Assembly (NCBI GenBank): GCA_046346665.1
Contig: JAXMHQ010000014.1
Span: 41,877 to 105,876 of the forward strand
Length of the DNA: 64,000 nt
From: Verrucomicrobiota bacterium
GTDB taxonomy: Bacteria > Verrucomicrobiota > Verrucomicrobiia > Limisphaerales > JAXMHQ01
Reading direction: 5' to 3'
Shown here piece by piece: positions 26,205-36,389 of the stretch. The translations under genes and the position numbers were made by a program. The stretch's first letter is position 1. Each line of letters opens with the position of its first letter. Below the pieces are notes generated by a model. That model was not told the DNA's origin. It saw only the letters and a program-made list of their open reading frames with translations, and made no database searches.

Positions 26205-27092
26205 ATGGACTGGCTGAATTACCATCACCTGCGTTACTTCTGGACCGTTGCGAAGGAAGGGAGCCTGGCGCGCGCCGCCGCCGTGCTGCATGTGTCGCAG
26301 CCGTCCATCTCCGAGCAGATCCGTGAACTCGAGGAGGCGCTGGGTGAAAAGCTGTTCCGGCGCGAGGGCCGCGGCAACAAGCTCACGGACACGGGACAGG
26401 TCGTGTTCCGGTATGCGGAGGAAATTTTCACGCTGGGCGGCGAGATGGTGAACGTCGTGAAGCAGCGGCCCGGCGTGCGCACGCTGCGCTTTTATGTCGG
26501 GGTGGTGGATTCCTTTCCGAAGCTGGTCACCAACGACATCCTCGCCCCGGTCTTCGGAATGCCGCAGCCCGTGCACGTGATCTGCCGCGAAGGCAAAATG
26601 GAGGACCTGCTCGCCCAGCTCGCGGCGCACCGCCTGGACCTTGTCCTTTCGGATGAACCCCCGTCCAGCAGCACCCGCTTCAGGACCTTCACCCATCCCC
26701 TCGGCGAAACCGGCACGACCCTTTGCGCCGAGGCGAAACTCGCCGCGAAACTGCGCCGCGGCTTTCCCCAATCCCTGCACGGCGCGCCCGCCCTGTTGCC
26801 GTCCGAGAACACCACCCTGCGCCGGATGCTGGAACAGTGGTTTCGCGAGCAGCGCATCCAGCCGCGTGTTGTGGCTGAATTCGAAGACCTCGCCCTGATG
26901 AAGGTCATGGCGGCGGAAGGCCGCGGCTTCATCGCCGTGCCCACCGTCGCGGCGCGCGATGCCGTCCATCATTACCATTTCCACACGATCGGCGAGGCCG
27001 CCCAATGCCGGCTGCGCCTCCACGCCATCACCGCCGAACGGCGCATCGCCCACCCGGCGGCGGCCCTGGTCATGCAAAAACGCTTTGCCTGA
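26205..27092 (+). CDS. LysR-family transcriptional regulator, NhaR-like
   Basis: MDWLNYHHLRYFWTVAKEGSLARAAAVLHVSQPSISEQIRELEEALGEKLFRREGRG closely resembles the NhaR N-terminus (INYNHLYYFW..KEGS). Start set at the ATG at 26205. The track ORF extends upstream antisense to the HPF gene. Confidence 0.9.
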   Translation: MDWLNYHHLRYFWTVAKEGSLARAAAVLHVSQPSISEQIRELEEALGEKLFRREGRGNKLTDTGQVVFRYAEEIFTLGGEMVNVVKQRPGVRTLRFYVGVVDSFPKLVTNDILAPVFGMPQPVHVICREGKMEDLLAQLAAHRLDLVLSDEPPSSSTRFRTFTHPLGETGTTLCAEAKLAAKLRRGFPQSLHGAPALLPSENTTLRRMLEQWFREQRIQPRVVAEFEDLALMKVMAAEGRGFIAVPTVAARDAVHHYHFHTIGEAAQCRLRLHAITAERRIAHPAAALVMQKRFA

Positions 27093-27134
27093 AAGCGGGC
27101 GCAGTCGACGCTAAAGACATCGCCAGGATCGCCG

Positions 27135-28874
27135 ATGCAGGAAGTTGACCGATGTTCGGCCTTACCCGGAACCGGGAATATGAATCCTGCTGAAATGGAG
27201 AAGGATCGACGTGAATTTGCGCCGGGGAGCCTGGCTCCCATGCCGGAAGCGCTCCAGTTCGCCGATGCCGATCCGCTGTTCGAGGTGCTGCTGGAGAATT
27301 GCCTCGACCTCATCTACTTCAAGGACCGGCAGTCGCGTTTTGTGAAGTACAGCCGTTCCTTCTGCGCCCATTTCCGACTCGCAAATCCCGGCGATTTGGT
27401 CGGCAAGACCGATTTTGATTGTTACGCCGACGAGCGCGCCCGGCCCGCCTACGAGGACGAGCAGGAAATCATTCGCACCGGAAAACCGCTCATCGGAAAG
27501 ATGGAGCCGGAAAGACATCCCGACGGCCGCGTCACCTGGTGTCTCACTTCCAAAATGCCGTGGCGCGACAAGGCGGGCAATATCGTCGGCACCTTCGGGA
27601 TCTCCCGGGAAGTGACCGCGCTCAAGGAAACCGAGGCCAGGCTGAGCACTATGAGCGACCTGCTGGAGGCGCTGCTGGAAAACGTCCCGGACCGCATTTA
27701 CTTCAAGGACAGGGAATCGCGCTTCGTCCATTTCAGCAAGGCGTTCGAGGAATTCTTCCATCTGCACGACGCGGGGACCCTCAAGGGCAAGACGGATTTT
27801 GATTTCTTCACGGAAGATCACGCCCGGCCGGCGTTCGAGGACGAACAGGCGATCATTCGAACGGGGAAACCGATCGTCGGCAAGCTGGAGAAGGAGACCC
27901 ACCCGGACGGCCGGGTCACCTGGTGTCTCACCACCAAACTGCCGTGGCGCAATGCGGACAAGAACATCATCGGCACCTTCGGTATTTCGAAGGATGTCAC
28001 GGAGATCAAGGAGGCGGAAGCCAAATTGGATCAGGTGAACAAGCAGCTCGTTGAGGCGTCGCGCAAGGCGGGGATGGCTGAAATCGCCAGCAGCGTGCTG
28101 CACAATGTCGGCAACGTGTTGAACAGCATCAACGTCTCCGTGGGTCTCATTTCGCAGCAGGTCCGAAACAGCAAGACGTGCAATGTCGCCAAGGTCGCCG
28201 CCCTGATGCGCCAACACGCCTCGGACCTCGGCGATTTCCTGGCGCACGATCCCAAGGGCCGGCAGTTGCCGCTGTTCCTTGAACAATTGGCGGCGCATTC
28301 GTCCGAGGAGCAGAATTTCATCCTGAAAGAGGTGGAGTCGCTCGCGAAAAACGTGGAGCACGTTAAGAACATCGTGGCCGTGCAGCAGAATTACGCCCGG
28401 GTCGCCGCGGTCACCGAGTCCGTCAACGTCGCGGACCTCGTCGAAGACGCCCTCAGATCAAGCAAGGAAAGCCTCGGAGGTCTCCATGTGAACCTGGTCC
28501 GCGAATACGACAAGAGGTTGCCTGAAATCCGAATCGCAAAGCACAAGGCGCAGCAGATTCTCATGGACCTGATCGCCAACGCCGTCAAGGCCTGCGGGGA
28601 ATCGTCCCGTCCGGACAGGCAGATGACCGTCCGCATCCACTCAGAGCCTGATCGGGTCCGGATCGCTGTCATCGACAACGGGGTGGGGATTCAGCCGAAA
28701 GACATCCACCGCATTTTCAACCACGGCTTCACGACATGGAAGGATGGGCACGGTTTCAGTCTGCACAATGCTTCGTTGGCGGCCCGGGAAATGGGAGGCG
28801 CGCTCAGCGTTCATAGCGACGGGCCGGGGAAAGGCGCGGCGTTCACGCTGGAAATCCCCTGCGCGCCAAAATAA
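27135..28874 (+). CDS. cytoplasmic PAS-PAS histidine kinase (paralog of the C-terminal half of 11714-16012)
   Basis: 579 aa. Two IYFKDR(Q/E)SRFV PAS units with HPDGRVTWCLT(S/T)K(M/L)PWR. H-box-like SSVLHNVGNVLNSI. HATPase VIDNGVGIQPKD, GHGFSLHNAS. The start could instead be the ATG at 27180. Confidence 0.85.
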   Translation: MQEVDRCSALPGTGNMNPAEMEKDRREFAPGSLAPMPEALQFADADPLFEVLLENCLDLIYFKDRQSRFVKYSRSFCAHFRLANPGDLVGKTDFDCYADERARPAYEDEQEIIRTGKPLIGKMEPERHPDGRVTWCLTSKMPWRDKAGNIVGTFGISREVTALKETEARLSTMSDLLEALLENVPDRIYFKDRESRFVHFSKAFEEFFHLHDAGTLKGKTDFDFFTEDHARPAFEDEQAIIRTGKPIVGKLEKETHPDGRVTWCLTTKLPWRNADKNIIGTFGISKDVTEIKEAEAKLDQVNKQLVEASRKAGMAEIASSVLHNVGNVLNSINVSVGLISQQVRNSKTCNVAKVAALMRQHASDLGDFLAHDPKGRQLPLFLEQLAAHSSEEQNFILKEVESLAKNVEHVKNIVAVQQNYARVAAVTESVNVADLVEDALRSSKESLGGLHVNLVREYDKRLPEIRIAKHKAQQILMDLIANAVKACGESSRPDRQMTVRIHSEPDRVRIAVIDNGVGIQPKDIHRIFNHGFTTWKDGHGFSLHNASLAAREMGGALSVHSDGPGKGAAFTLEIPCAPK

Positions 28875-29061
28875 CCCGAGCCCGCTTCAACTTCCCCGGC
28901 TTGAGACCACACGTCGGGTCTCGCGGAGGGCTTGCGGAGATCAGTGTTTCGGCGTTTTAACAACTTCTTAACATCTTCCAGCCCCATCTTAACTACCCGG
29001 GCCCTGGCTGGCGGCGCATATTCAAAGCCGTGAACAGCGATATTCAACCTGGAATTGGCAT

Positions 29062-29145
29062 ATGCAAGACCTGATCTTTGTCGGCATTGTCGCCGCCTTT
29101 TTTGCCCTCAGCGCACTCTACGTCCGCCTTTGCGAGAAACTCTGA
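29062..29145 (+). CDS. 27-aa hydrophobic micro-ORF immediately upstream of kdpF
   Basis: ATG at 29062, MQDLIFVGIVAAFFALSALYVRLCEKL, TGA at 29143-29145. Two nt later kdpF starts. One predicted TM helix, the same size class as KdpF. No SD-like sequence checked. Confidence 0.35.
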   Translation: MQDLIFVGIVAAFFALSALYVRLCEKL

Positions 29146-29147
29146 TT

Positions 29148-29231
29148 ATGGAAACCCTCCTTGTCGGCCTCGTCGCCCTCGCCCTGTTCGGCTACCTCCT
29201 GGCGGCCATGCTGCGCCCCGAAAAATTCTAA
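29148..29231 (+). CDS. kdpF: K+-transporting ATPase subunit F
   Basis: METLLVGLVALALFGYLLAAMLRPEKF (27 aa). The single TM plus C-terminal (A/L)LLRPE(K/R)F tail is typical of KdpF peptides. Sits 10 nt upstream of kdpA. Not in the ORF track because of its size. Confidence 0.75.
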   Translation: METLLVGLVALALFGYLLAAMLRPEKF

Positions 29232-29241
29232 TCCCGCCCCT

Positions 29242-31038
29242 ATGCAAACATCCGGCTGGCTGCAGTTGATTCTCTATGTCGCCGCCATCGCGGCGATCAC
29301 CAAACCCATGGGCTTGTACCTGCTCCAGGTGCTTGACGTCCGGGGCCGGACCTGGCTCGATCCCATCTTGCGGCCGCTGGAGCGGCTGACCTACCGGCTG
29401 ATGGGCGTGGATCCGGAGAAGGAGCAGGACTGGAAACAATACACCCTGGCCCTCCTTCTGTTCAGCCTCGTCGGTTGCCTGTTCACCTACGCGATTCTCA
29501 GGCTGCAGCAGTGGCTGCCGCTCAACCCGCAAGGTTTCGGCCCCGTCAGCGGACACCTCGCGTTCAACACCGCCGTGAGCTTTACGACCAACACCAACTG
29601 GCAAAGTTACGGCGGCGAGAGCACCCTTTCCTACTTCTCCCAGATGGTGGGGCTCGCCTTCCACAACTTCACCTCCGCCGCCGCCGGCATCGCCATCGCC
29701 GCCGCCCTCGTCCGCGCCATCGCACGGCCCTCGTCCGGCACGCTCGGAAATTTCTGGGCCGACCTCGTCCGCGTCACTTATTACCTGCTCCTGCCCGTCT
29801 GCCTCCTGTTCGCCATCGTCCTGGTCTCCCAGGGCATGATCCAGAATTTCAAGCCCTACACGCAGGCGAAACTTCTCGAGCCCTACACAATCCAGGTTCC
29901 GAAAACCGACGACAAAGGCCAGCCAATCACCACCACGAACGGGCCGGTCCTGGTGGATCAAACCGTCGACACGCAAACCATCGCCCAGGGCCCCATGGCG
30001 TCGCAGGTCGCCATCAAAATGCTCGGCACCAACGGCGGCGGATTTGTCAACGCGAACGCCGCGCACCCGTTTGAAAATCCGACGCCGCTCTCCAACTTCC
30101 TCCAAATGCTGTCGATCTTCGCCATCGGCAGCGGCCTGACCTATTACCTCGGCCGCATGGTGAAGAACCCGGGCCACGGATGGACGATCTGGGCGGCCAT
30201 GATGGCACTTTTTCTCGGCGGCACCCTGCTGTGCTGGTGGGCGGAAGCGCAGGGGAACCCGGTTCATCAACACCTGGGCGTAGCGGCGGCGGATGGAAAC
30301 ATGGAGGGCAAGGAAGTGCGGTTCGGCATTTTCAATTCCGCGCTGTTTGCCACTATCACCACCGACGCCTCGTGCGGCGCGGTGAATTCCATGCACGATT
30401 CCTTCACCCCCCTCGGCGGCTTCGTCCCGCTGTTCAACATTCAGCTCGGCGAAATCATCATCGGCGGCGTCGGCGCCGGCCTCTACGGCATGCTCGTGTT
30501 CGTCGTGCTCGCCGTGTTCATCGCCGGGCTCATGGTCGGCCGCACCCCGGAATACCTCGGCAAAAAGATCGAATCCTACGAGGTGAAAATGGCCATGCTC
30601 GCCATGCTCATCCTCGCCATCGACATCCTCGGGTTCGCCGCCTGGGCCTCCGTGAGCCCGTGGGGCCCCGCCGGACTGAACAATGCCGGCCCGCATGGCC
30701 TGAGCGAGATGCTCTACGCTTACACCTCCGGCACCGGCAACAACGGCAGCGCCTTCGCCGGGCTCACCACCAACACACCCTGGTACAACACCACCCTCGG
30801 GATCTCCATGCTCATCGGCCGGTTCCTCATGATCATTCCCATCCTCGCCATGGCGGGTTCCCTGGCGAAGAAGAAACTCGCACCCGTCAACACCGGCAGC
30901 TTTCCCGTTTCCGGCGGAACATTCCTCATCCTTCTCATCGGAACCGTGCTGCTCGTGGGCGCCTTGAATTTTCTTCCCGCACTGGCGCTGGGGCCCGTCG
31001 TGGAACATTTCCTGAATTTTCAGGGCCGGCTCTTTTAA
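29242..31038 (+). CDS. kdpA: K+-transporting ATPase subunit A
   Basis: MQTSGWLQLILYVAAIAAITKPMGLYL...NTNWQSYGGE...GTNGGGF are classic KdpA selectivity-filter blocks. Start set at the ATG at 29242, in frame with the track ORF 29161. Confidence 0.95.
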   Translation: MQTSGWLQLILYVAAIAAITKPMGLYLLQVLDVRGRTWLDPILRPLERLTYRLMGVDPEKEQDWKQYTLALLLFSLVGCLFTYAILRLQQWLPLNPQGFGPVSGHLAFNTAVSFTTNTNWQSYGGESTLSYFSQMVGLAFHNFTSAAAGIAIAAALVRAIARPSSGTLGNFWADLVRVTYYLLLPVCLLFAIVLVSQGMIQNFKPYTQAKLLEPYTIQVPKTDDKGQPITTTNGPVLVDQTVDTQTIAQGPMASQVAIKMLGTNGGGFVNANAAHPFENPTPLSNFLQMLSIFAIGSGLTYYLGRMVKNPGHGWTIWAAMMALFLGGTLLCWWAEAQGNPVHQHLGVAAADGNMEGKEVRFGIFNSALFATITTDASCGAVNSMHDSFTPLGGFVPLFNIQLGEIIIGGVGAGLYGMLVFVVLAVFIAGLMVGRTPEYLGKKIESYEVKMAMLAMLILAIDILGFAAWASVSPWGPAGLNNAGPHGLSEMLYAYTSGTGNNGSAFAGLTTNTPWYNTTLGISMLIGRFLMIIPILAMAGSLAKKKLAPVNTGSFPVSGGTFLILLIGTVLLVGALNFLPALALGPVVEHFLNFQGRLF

Positions 31039-31056
31039 CCCGCGCACCGAATCGTT

Positions 31057-33099
31057 ATGACCCAAAAACCTCCTTCGCTTTTCGACTGGAACATCGCCGG
31101 GCCCGCGATCGGCGACTCGTTCCGCAAGCTCGACCCGCGCCTCATGATCCGGAACCCGGTCATGTTCGTCACGATGGTCGGCGCCGCGCTCACCACGGCG
31201 GGGATTTTCACCAGCGAACCCGCCCTGCGCGGATTCGTCGCCCAGCTCGCCCTCTGGCTGTGGTTCACGGTCCTCTTTGCCAACTTCGCCGAGGCCGTCG
31301 CCGAGGGCCGCGGCAAAGCCCAGGCCGCCAGCCTGCGCAAAGCCCGCAAGGAAACACTCGCCCGCCGCCTCCGCAACGGCCGCGAGGAAAAAATCCCCGC
31401 GCCCGACCTCCAGAAAGGCGATGTCGTCGTCTGCGAAGCCGGCGATGTCATCCCCGCCGACGGCGACGTGATCGAAGGCATCGCCAGCGTCGATGAAGCC
31501 GCCATCACCGGCGAATCCGCCCCCGTCATCCGCGAAAGCGGCGGCGACCGCAGCGCCGTCACCGGCGGCACCCGCGTCCTCAGCGACCGCATCGTCATCC
31601 GCGTCACCATCGAAAAAGGCGGCGGATTCCTGGACCGCATGATCGCCCTGGTCGAAGGCGCCCGGCGCCAGAAAACGCCCAACGAAATCGCGCTCACCAT
31701 ACTGCTCTCGGCGATGACGCTCATCTTCCTGCTGGTCTGCGTGACACTCAAACCGTTCGGCCTCTATTCCGCCGTCAACTTTTCCGTGCCGGTGCTGGTC
31801 GCGCTGCTGGTCTGCCTGATTCCAACCACGATTGGCGGCTTGCTCAGCGCCATCGGCATCGCCGGCATGGACCGCGTGCTGCAGCGGAACGTGCTCGCGA
31901 TGAGCGGCCGGGCCGTGGAAGCGGCGGGTGACGTGGACGTGCTGCTGCTGGACAAGACCGGGACGATCACGCTGGGCAACCGCATGGCGACCGCCTTCCT
32001 GCCGGCGCCCGGGGTGCCGGCGGAGCGGCTGGCGGACGCGGCCCAGCTCGCGTCGCTGGCCGACGAAACCCCCGAGGGCCGGAGCATCGCCGTGCTTGCC
32101 AAGGAACGATTCAACCTGCGCGGGCGCGAGGTGGCCGAACCGCACGCCAGATTCGTCCCGTTCACGGCCCAGACACGGATGAGCGGTGTGGATTTCCCCG
32201 CGCTGGACGGCCAGCCCGCGCGCGCCATTCGCAAAGGCGCCGCCGAGGCGATCCGGATTTATGTCGACCAGGCCGGCGGCAGTTTTCCCCGCGAGATCAG
32301 CTCCAGCGTCGATGACATCGCCCGCAGCGGCGGCACCCCGCTGGTCGTCGCCGAAGGCCGCGAGGTCCTCGGCGTGGTGCACTTGAAGGACGTCGTCAAA
32401 GGCGGCATCCGGGAGCGGTTCGCGCACCTGCGCAAAATGGGCATTCGCACGGTGATGATCACCGGCGACAACGCGCTCACCGCGGCCGCGATCGCGGCGG
32501 AAGCCGGCGTGGACGATTTCATGGCGCAGGCGACGCCCGAGCAGAAACTGAAACGCATCCGGGATGAACAGGCGGCGGGGCATCTCGTGGCCATGACGGG
32601 CGACGGCACAAACGATGCCCCGGCCCTCGCCCAGGCCGACGTGGGTGTGGCCATGAACACCGGCACCCAGGCCGCCCGCGAGGCGGGCAACATGGTCGAC
32701 CTCGACAGCAACCCCACCAAGCTCCTGGACATCGTCGAAATCGGCAAACAGATGCTCATCACGCGCGGTTCGCTGACTACCTTCAGCATCGCAAATGACA
32801 TGGCGAAATACTTCGCCATCATCCCCGCCATGCTCATGGCCACATTCCCGGCGATCGCCCCGCTCAACATCATGCGCCTCCACAGCCCCACCAGCGCCAT
32901 CTTGAGCGCGATCATTTTCAACGCCCTCATCATCATCGCGCTGATCCCCCTCGCCCTGCGCGGGGTGAAATACACCCCGATCGGCGCGCTCGCGACATTG
33001 CAGCGCAACCTGCTTATCTACGGACTCGGCGGGGTGATCATCCCCTTCATCGGGATCAAGATCGTCGACCTCCTGATCTCCGCCCTCCACCTGGCCTGA
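31057..33099 (+). CDS. kdpB: K+-transporting ATPase subunit B (P-type ATPase)
   Basis: 680 aa. DKTGTIT phosphorylation site, [23 protein letters not shown]. Confidence 0.97.
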   Translation: MTQKPPSLFDWNIAGPAIGDSFRKLDPRLMIRNPVMFVTMVGAALTTAGIFTSEPALRGFVAQLALWLWFTVLFANFAEAVAEGRGKAQAASLRKARKETLARRLRNGREEKIPAPDLQKGDVVVCEAGDVIPADGDVIEGIASVDEAAITGESAPVIRESGGDRSAVTGGTRVLSDRIVIRVTIEKGGGFLDRMIALVEGARRQKTPNEIALTILLSAMTLIFLLVCVTLKPFGLYSAVNFSVPVLVALLVCLIPTTIGGLLSAIGIAGMDRVLQRNVLAMSGRAVEAAGDVDVLLLDKTGTITLGNRMATAFLPAPGVPAERLADAAQLASLADETPEGRSIAVLAKERFNLRGREVAEPHARFVPFTAQTRMSGVDFPALDGQPARAIRKGAAEAIRIYVDQAGGSFPREISSSVDDIARSGGTPLVVAEGREVLGVVHLKDVVKGGIRERFAHLRKMGIRTVMITGDNALTAAAIAAEAGVDDFMAQATPEQKLKRIRDEQAAGHLVAMTGDGTNDAPALAQADVGVAMNTGTQAAREAGNMVDLDSNPTKLLDIVEIGKQMLITRGSLTTFSIANDMAKYFAIIPAMLMATFPAIAPLNIMRLHSPTSAILSAIIFNALIIIALIPLALRGVKYTPIGALATLQRNLLIYGLGGVIIPFIGIKIVDLLISALHLA

Positions 33100-33104
33100 T
33101 TGTT

Positions 33105-33728
33105 ATGAAAGAACTCCTTTCCCAAACCCGCGGCGCCATCGTTTCCACCCTGGTCCTCACCCTCGTCTGCTGCGGCCTCTACCCGCTCGTCGTGTTCGGC
33201 GTCGCCCAGGCCCTGTTTCCGGACAAGGCAAACGGCAGCTTGATCGTCGACAAGGACGGATCGGTTCGCGGGTCCGGGTTGATAGGGCAGAATTTCGCCG
33301 CTGCGAATTGCTTTCATCCGCGCCCTTCCGCCGCCGGGAACGGTTACGACGCGGCCAGTTCCGGCGGCAGCAATCTGGGCCCGACATCCCAAAAGCTGAA
33401 CGACGCCATCCGGGACCGGATCGCGGCGTATCGCGCCGAAAACGGCCTGGGGGATTCCGAGGCCGTTCCAGCGGACGCGGTGACCGCGTCGGCGAGCGGG
33501 CTGGATCCGCACATCAGCCCGAAAAACGCGGAAATCCAGGCGGCGCGCGTCGCGAAGGCGCGTGGATTGAGCCCGGCGGCGGTCCGCGCTCTTATCACCC
33601 GCTGCACCGATGGGCCGGACCTCGGGCTGCTGGGCGAGCCGGGGGTCAACGTGCTGGAATTGAACCTGGCGCTCGACCGGGAATCTTCCTCCTCCCCATC
33701 GAAGGCCGGATCAACTATCGTGAAATGA
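33105..33728 (+). CDS. kdpC: K+-transporting ATPase subunit C
   Basis: 207 aa. N-terminal TM, then LFPDKANGSLI...GSGLIGQNF...SGGSNLGPTS...SASGLDPHISP, typical KdpC. Confidence 0.95.
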   Translation: MKELLSQTRGAIVSTLVLTLVCCGLYPLVVFGVAQALFPDKANGSLIVDKDGSVRGSGLIGQNFAAANCFHPRPSAAGNGYDAASSGGSNLGPTSQKLNDAIRDRIAAYRAENGLGDSEAVPADAVTASASGLDPHISPKNAEIQAARVAKARGLSPAAVRALITRCTDGPDLGLLGEPGVNVLELNLALDRESSSSPSKAGSTIVK

Positions 33729-36389
33729 GTGACTGACTTCCACCGACCCAACCCAGACGCGTTGCTGGCCGCGATCCAGACCGAGGCGGCCCGGAAGTCT
33801 CGCGGCCGGCTCAAGGTGTTCCTGGGCATGAGCCCCGGCGTGGGCAAGACCTACGCCATGCTCGAGGCCGCGCGGCGCGAACTCGCCGCGAAGCGCGACG
33901 TCGTCATCGCCTACGTCGAAACCCACGGACGCAAGGACACCGACGCGCTCACGGCCGGGATTCCCGCCGTCCCCCGCAAAGCCATCGAGCACCGGGGCGT
34001 CGCGCTCACGGAAATGGATCTTGACGCGGTCCTCGCCCGGCGCCCCCAGTTGGCCCTCGTCGATGAACTGGCCCACACGAACGTCCCCGGCTCGCGCCAT
34101 CCCAAACGCTGGCAGGACGTCCAGGAATTGCTCGACGCCGGCATCGACGTTTTCACCACGCTCAACGTCCAGCACATCGAAAGCCGCGCCGATCCCGTCC
34201 GCCAGATCACCGGCGCCGAAGTGCGCGAGACCGTTCCCGACAGCGTCCTCGACGATGCCGTTCTCGAACTGGTCGACCTGCCCCCGGCGGAGCTCATCCA
34301 GCGGCTCGGCGAGGGAAAAGTTTACCTGCCCGACCGCGCCGCCGCCGCCGCGCAGCATTTTTTCCGCGAATCCAACCTCACCGCCCTGCGCGAAATCGCC
34401 CTGCGCCTCGTCGCCGATCATGTCGGCGTCGATACGCGCGAATTCCGCCAGGCCCAAACCGGCGCCGGCGCCTGGCAAACCGGGCATTCCCTGCTCGTCG
34501 CCGTCGGACCCGGACCGCTCTCGGAATCCCTCATCCGCTGGACGCGCCGGATGGCCGACGGAATGAAATGCCGCTGGCTCGCGTTGCACGTCGAGGGTTC
34601 CCGGCCGCTGTCCGAAGCCGCCCAGGCGCAACTGGTCCGGAACCTATCCGCCGCCCAGGAACTTGGCGCCGAAGTCATCCACACCACCGACGACGATCTC
34701 GTCCGCGGAATCCTGCGCGTCGCCCGTGAACAAAACGTCACCCAGATCATCGTCGGAAAACCCGGCGCCGGCGGCTGGCGCGATTGGCTCAAGGGCGATC
34801 GCTTTCTCCGCCGGCTCACCCGCGCCAGCGGCGACATCGATCTGCACGTCGTCCGCGCCGACAAATCCGCGGGGCCGGACTCGCGCAAACCCTGGCGCCC
34901 TCAGTTCGAATCGGCCTGGCAGCAATACGCCTTCGCCGTCGGAAGCATCGCCCTTGTCGCCGCCCTCAACTGGGGCTTGATGACGTTTACCGGGCCGCGC
35001 GTGCCCGGCCTCGTGTTCCTGCTGATGGTCGTGCTGCTGGCTTTGAAAATCGGACGCGGACCGGTCCTCGCCGCAGGCGCCCTCAGCGCCCTTGTCTGGA
35101 ATTTCTTCTTCCTGCCCCCGCGATTTACCCTCGTCATCTCGAGCTTCGAAGACGCCCTCCTCTTCAGCGCCTACTTCGTCGTCGCACTGGTCCTCGGACA
35201 GCTTGTTGCCCGCATCCGGACCCAGGAACGGGCGGAACGCACGCGGGAGGAACGGACCGCGGCGCTCTATGAATTAACCCGAGACCTCGCCGAGGCGGGA
35301 TCGCGCGATGAAGTCGTCTGGCAACTGGTGCTCCAAATCAACCGCGTTTTCCAGGCTTCCGCAGCCGTCTGCATGCCCTTCAATAACCGGCTGGCGCCAC
35401 ATCCCGACAGCACGATGACGCTTTCCGAAAAGGAACTCGGGGTGGCGGATTGGGCCTACCGCCATCGCAAACCCGCCGGCCGGTTCACCGATAATCTTCC
35501 CGGCGCCGATGCGTTCCACCTGCCGCTCGCGACCGAGCGGAAAATCTTCGGCGTCCTCGCCCTCAACATGCCGGGAAACAGCCTCACCCCCGCCCAGCGC
35601 ACCCTGCTGGAAACCTTCGCCCGCCAGGCCGCCCTGGTGCTGGATCGCGTCGAACTTCGCAACGCCGCCGAACAGGCCCGCCTGCTCGCCGAATCGGAGC
35701 GGCTCAGCCGCGCCCTGCTCGATTCCATCTCCCACGAATTGCGCACCCCGCTCGCCGCCAGCAGCAGCGCCGCCAGCGCACTCGCGTCCGCCGATCACAC
35801 GACGCCCGATCAGCGCCGCCAGTTGATCGCCGAAATCCAGGAGGCCAACGCCCGGCTCAACCGCATCGTCGGGAACTTGCTCGATGTCGCGCGGCTGGAG
35901 TCCGGAAAAATCCTGCCGCAGCTCGACTGGCAGGACGCGCGGGACCTTGTCCAGACCACGCTTCGGGAACTGGACCGAGAGCTTTCGTCCCGGAAGGTGG
36001 CTACGAAACTTCCCGCCGAACCGCTGCTGGTCCGAATCGATTTCTCACTCGTCCAGCATGCGTTGTCGAACCTGGTGTTGAATGCCGTCATGCACACCCC
36101 GGCGGGAACCGCGATAGAAGTGGAGGCGAAAACCGAGGCGAACTTCGCGGTGTTGAGCGTGGCGGACCGCGGGCCGGGCATCGCGCCCGACCTGATGCCG
36201 CGGATTTTCGACAAATTTTTCCGCGCGCCGACCGCGCCCACCGGCGGCAGCGGGCTCGGCCTGACCATTGCCAGGGGATTCATTGAGGCGCACGGCGGAA
36301 CTCTCACCGCCGGCAACCGCCCCGGCGGCGGCGCGCTGTTTGCCCTGCACCTGCCCCTCGCCGACCCCCCCGCCGAAAGCAAAGGATGA
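33729..36389 (+). CDS. kdpD: sensor histidine kinase KdpD
   Basis: 886 aa with a GTG start directly after the kdpC stop. N-terminal KdpD domain (GMSPGVGKTYAML), USP-like region, 4 TM, GAF-like region, H-box LDSISHELRTPL, HATPase DRGPGI, GSGLGLTIA. Confidence 0.95.
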   Translation: MTDFHRPNPDALLAAIQTEAARKSRGRLKVFLGMSPGVGKTYAMLEAARRELAAKRDVVIAYVETHGRKDTDALTAGIPAVPRKAIEHRGVALTEMDLDAVLARRPQLALVDELAHTNVPGSRHPKRWQDVQELLDAGIDVFTTLNVQHIESRADPVRQITGAEVRETVPDSVLDDAVLELVDLPPAELIQRLGEGKVYLPDRAAAAAQHFFRESNLTALREIALRLVADHVGVDTREFRQAQTGAGAWQTGHSLLVAVGPGPLSESLIRWTRRMADGMKCRWLALHVEGSRPLSEAAQAQLVRNLSAAQELGAEVIHTTDDDLVRGILRVAREQNVTQIIVGKPGAGGWRDWLKGDRFLRRLTRASGDIDLHVVRADKSAGPDSRKPWRPQFESAWQQYAFAVGSIALVAALNWGLMTFTGPRVPGLVFLLMVVLLALKIGRGPVLAAGALSALVWNFFFLPPRFTLVISSFEDALLFSAYFVVALVLGQLVARIRTQERAERTREERTAALYELTRDLAEAGSRDEVVWQLVLQINRVFQASAAVCMPFNNRLAPHPDSTMTLSEKELGVADWAYRHRKPAGRFTDNLPGADAFHLPLATERKIFGVLALNMPGNSLTPAQRTLLETFARQAALVLDRVELRNAAEQARLLAESERLSRALLDSISHELRTPLAASSSAASALASADHTTPDQRRQLIAEIQEANARLNRIVGNLLDVARLESGKILPQLDWQDARDLVQTTLRELDRELSSRKVATKLPAEPLLVRIDFSLVQHALSNLVLNAVMHTPAGTAIEVEAKTEANFAVLSVADRGPGIAPDLMPRIFDKFFRAPTAPTGGSGLGLTIARGFIEAHGGTLTAGNRPGGGALFALHLPLADPPAESKG

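Noticed and set aside
29051-29071. Sigma-54-like sequence ctggaattggcatatgca just upstream of the kdp micro-ORF
   Set aside because: Neither possible GG...GC pairing has the required N10 spacing, and it overlaps the micro-ORF start codon.
29146-33090. 1314-aa ORF on the minus strand spanning kdpA and kdpB
   Set aside because: It is exactly antisense to two genes with unmistakable Kdp motifs. Its translation is low-complexity G/D/E/R/A/H with no motif. Long stop-free antisense frames are expected in high-GC3 coding sequence.
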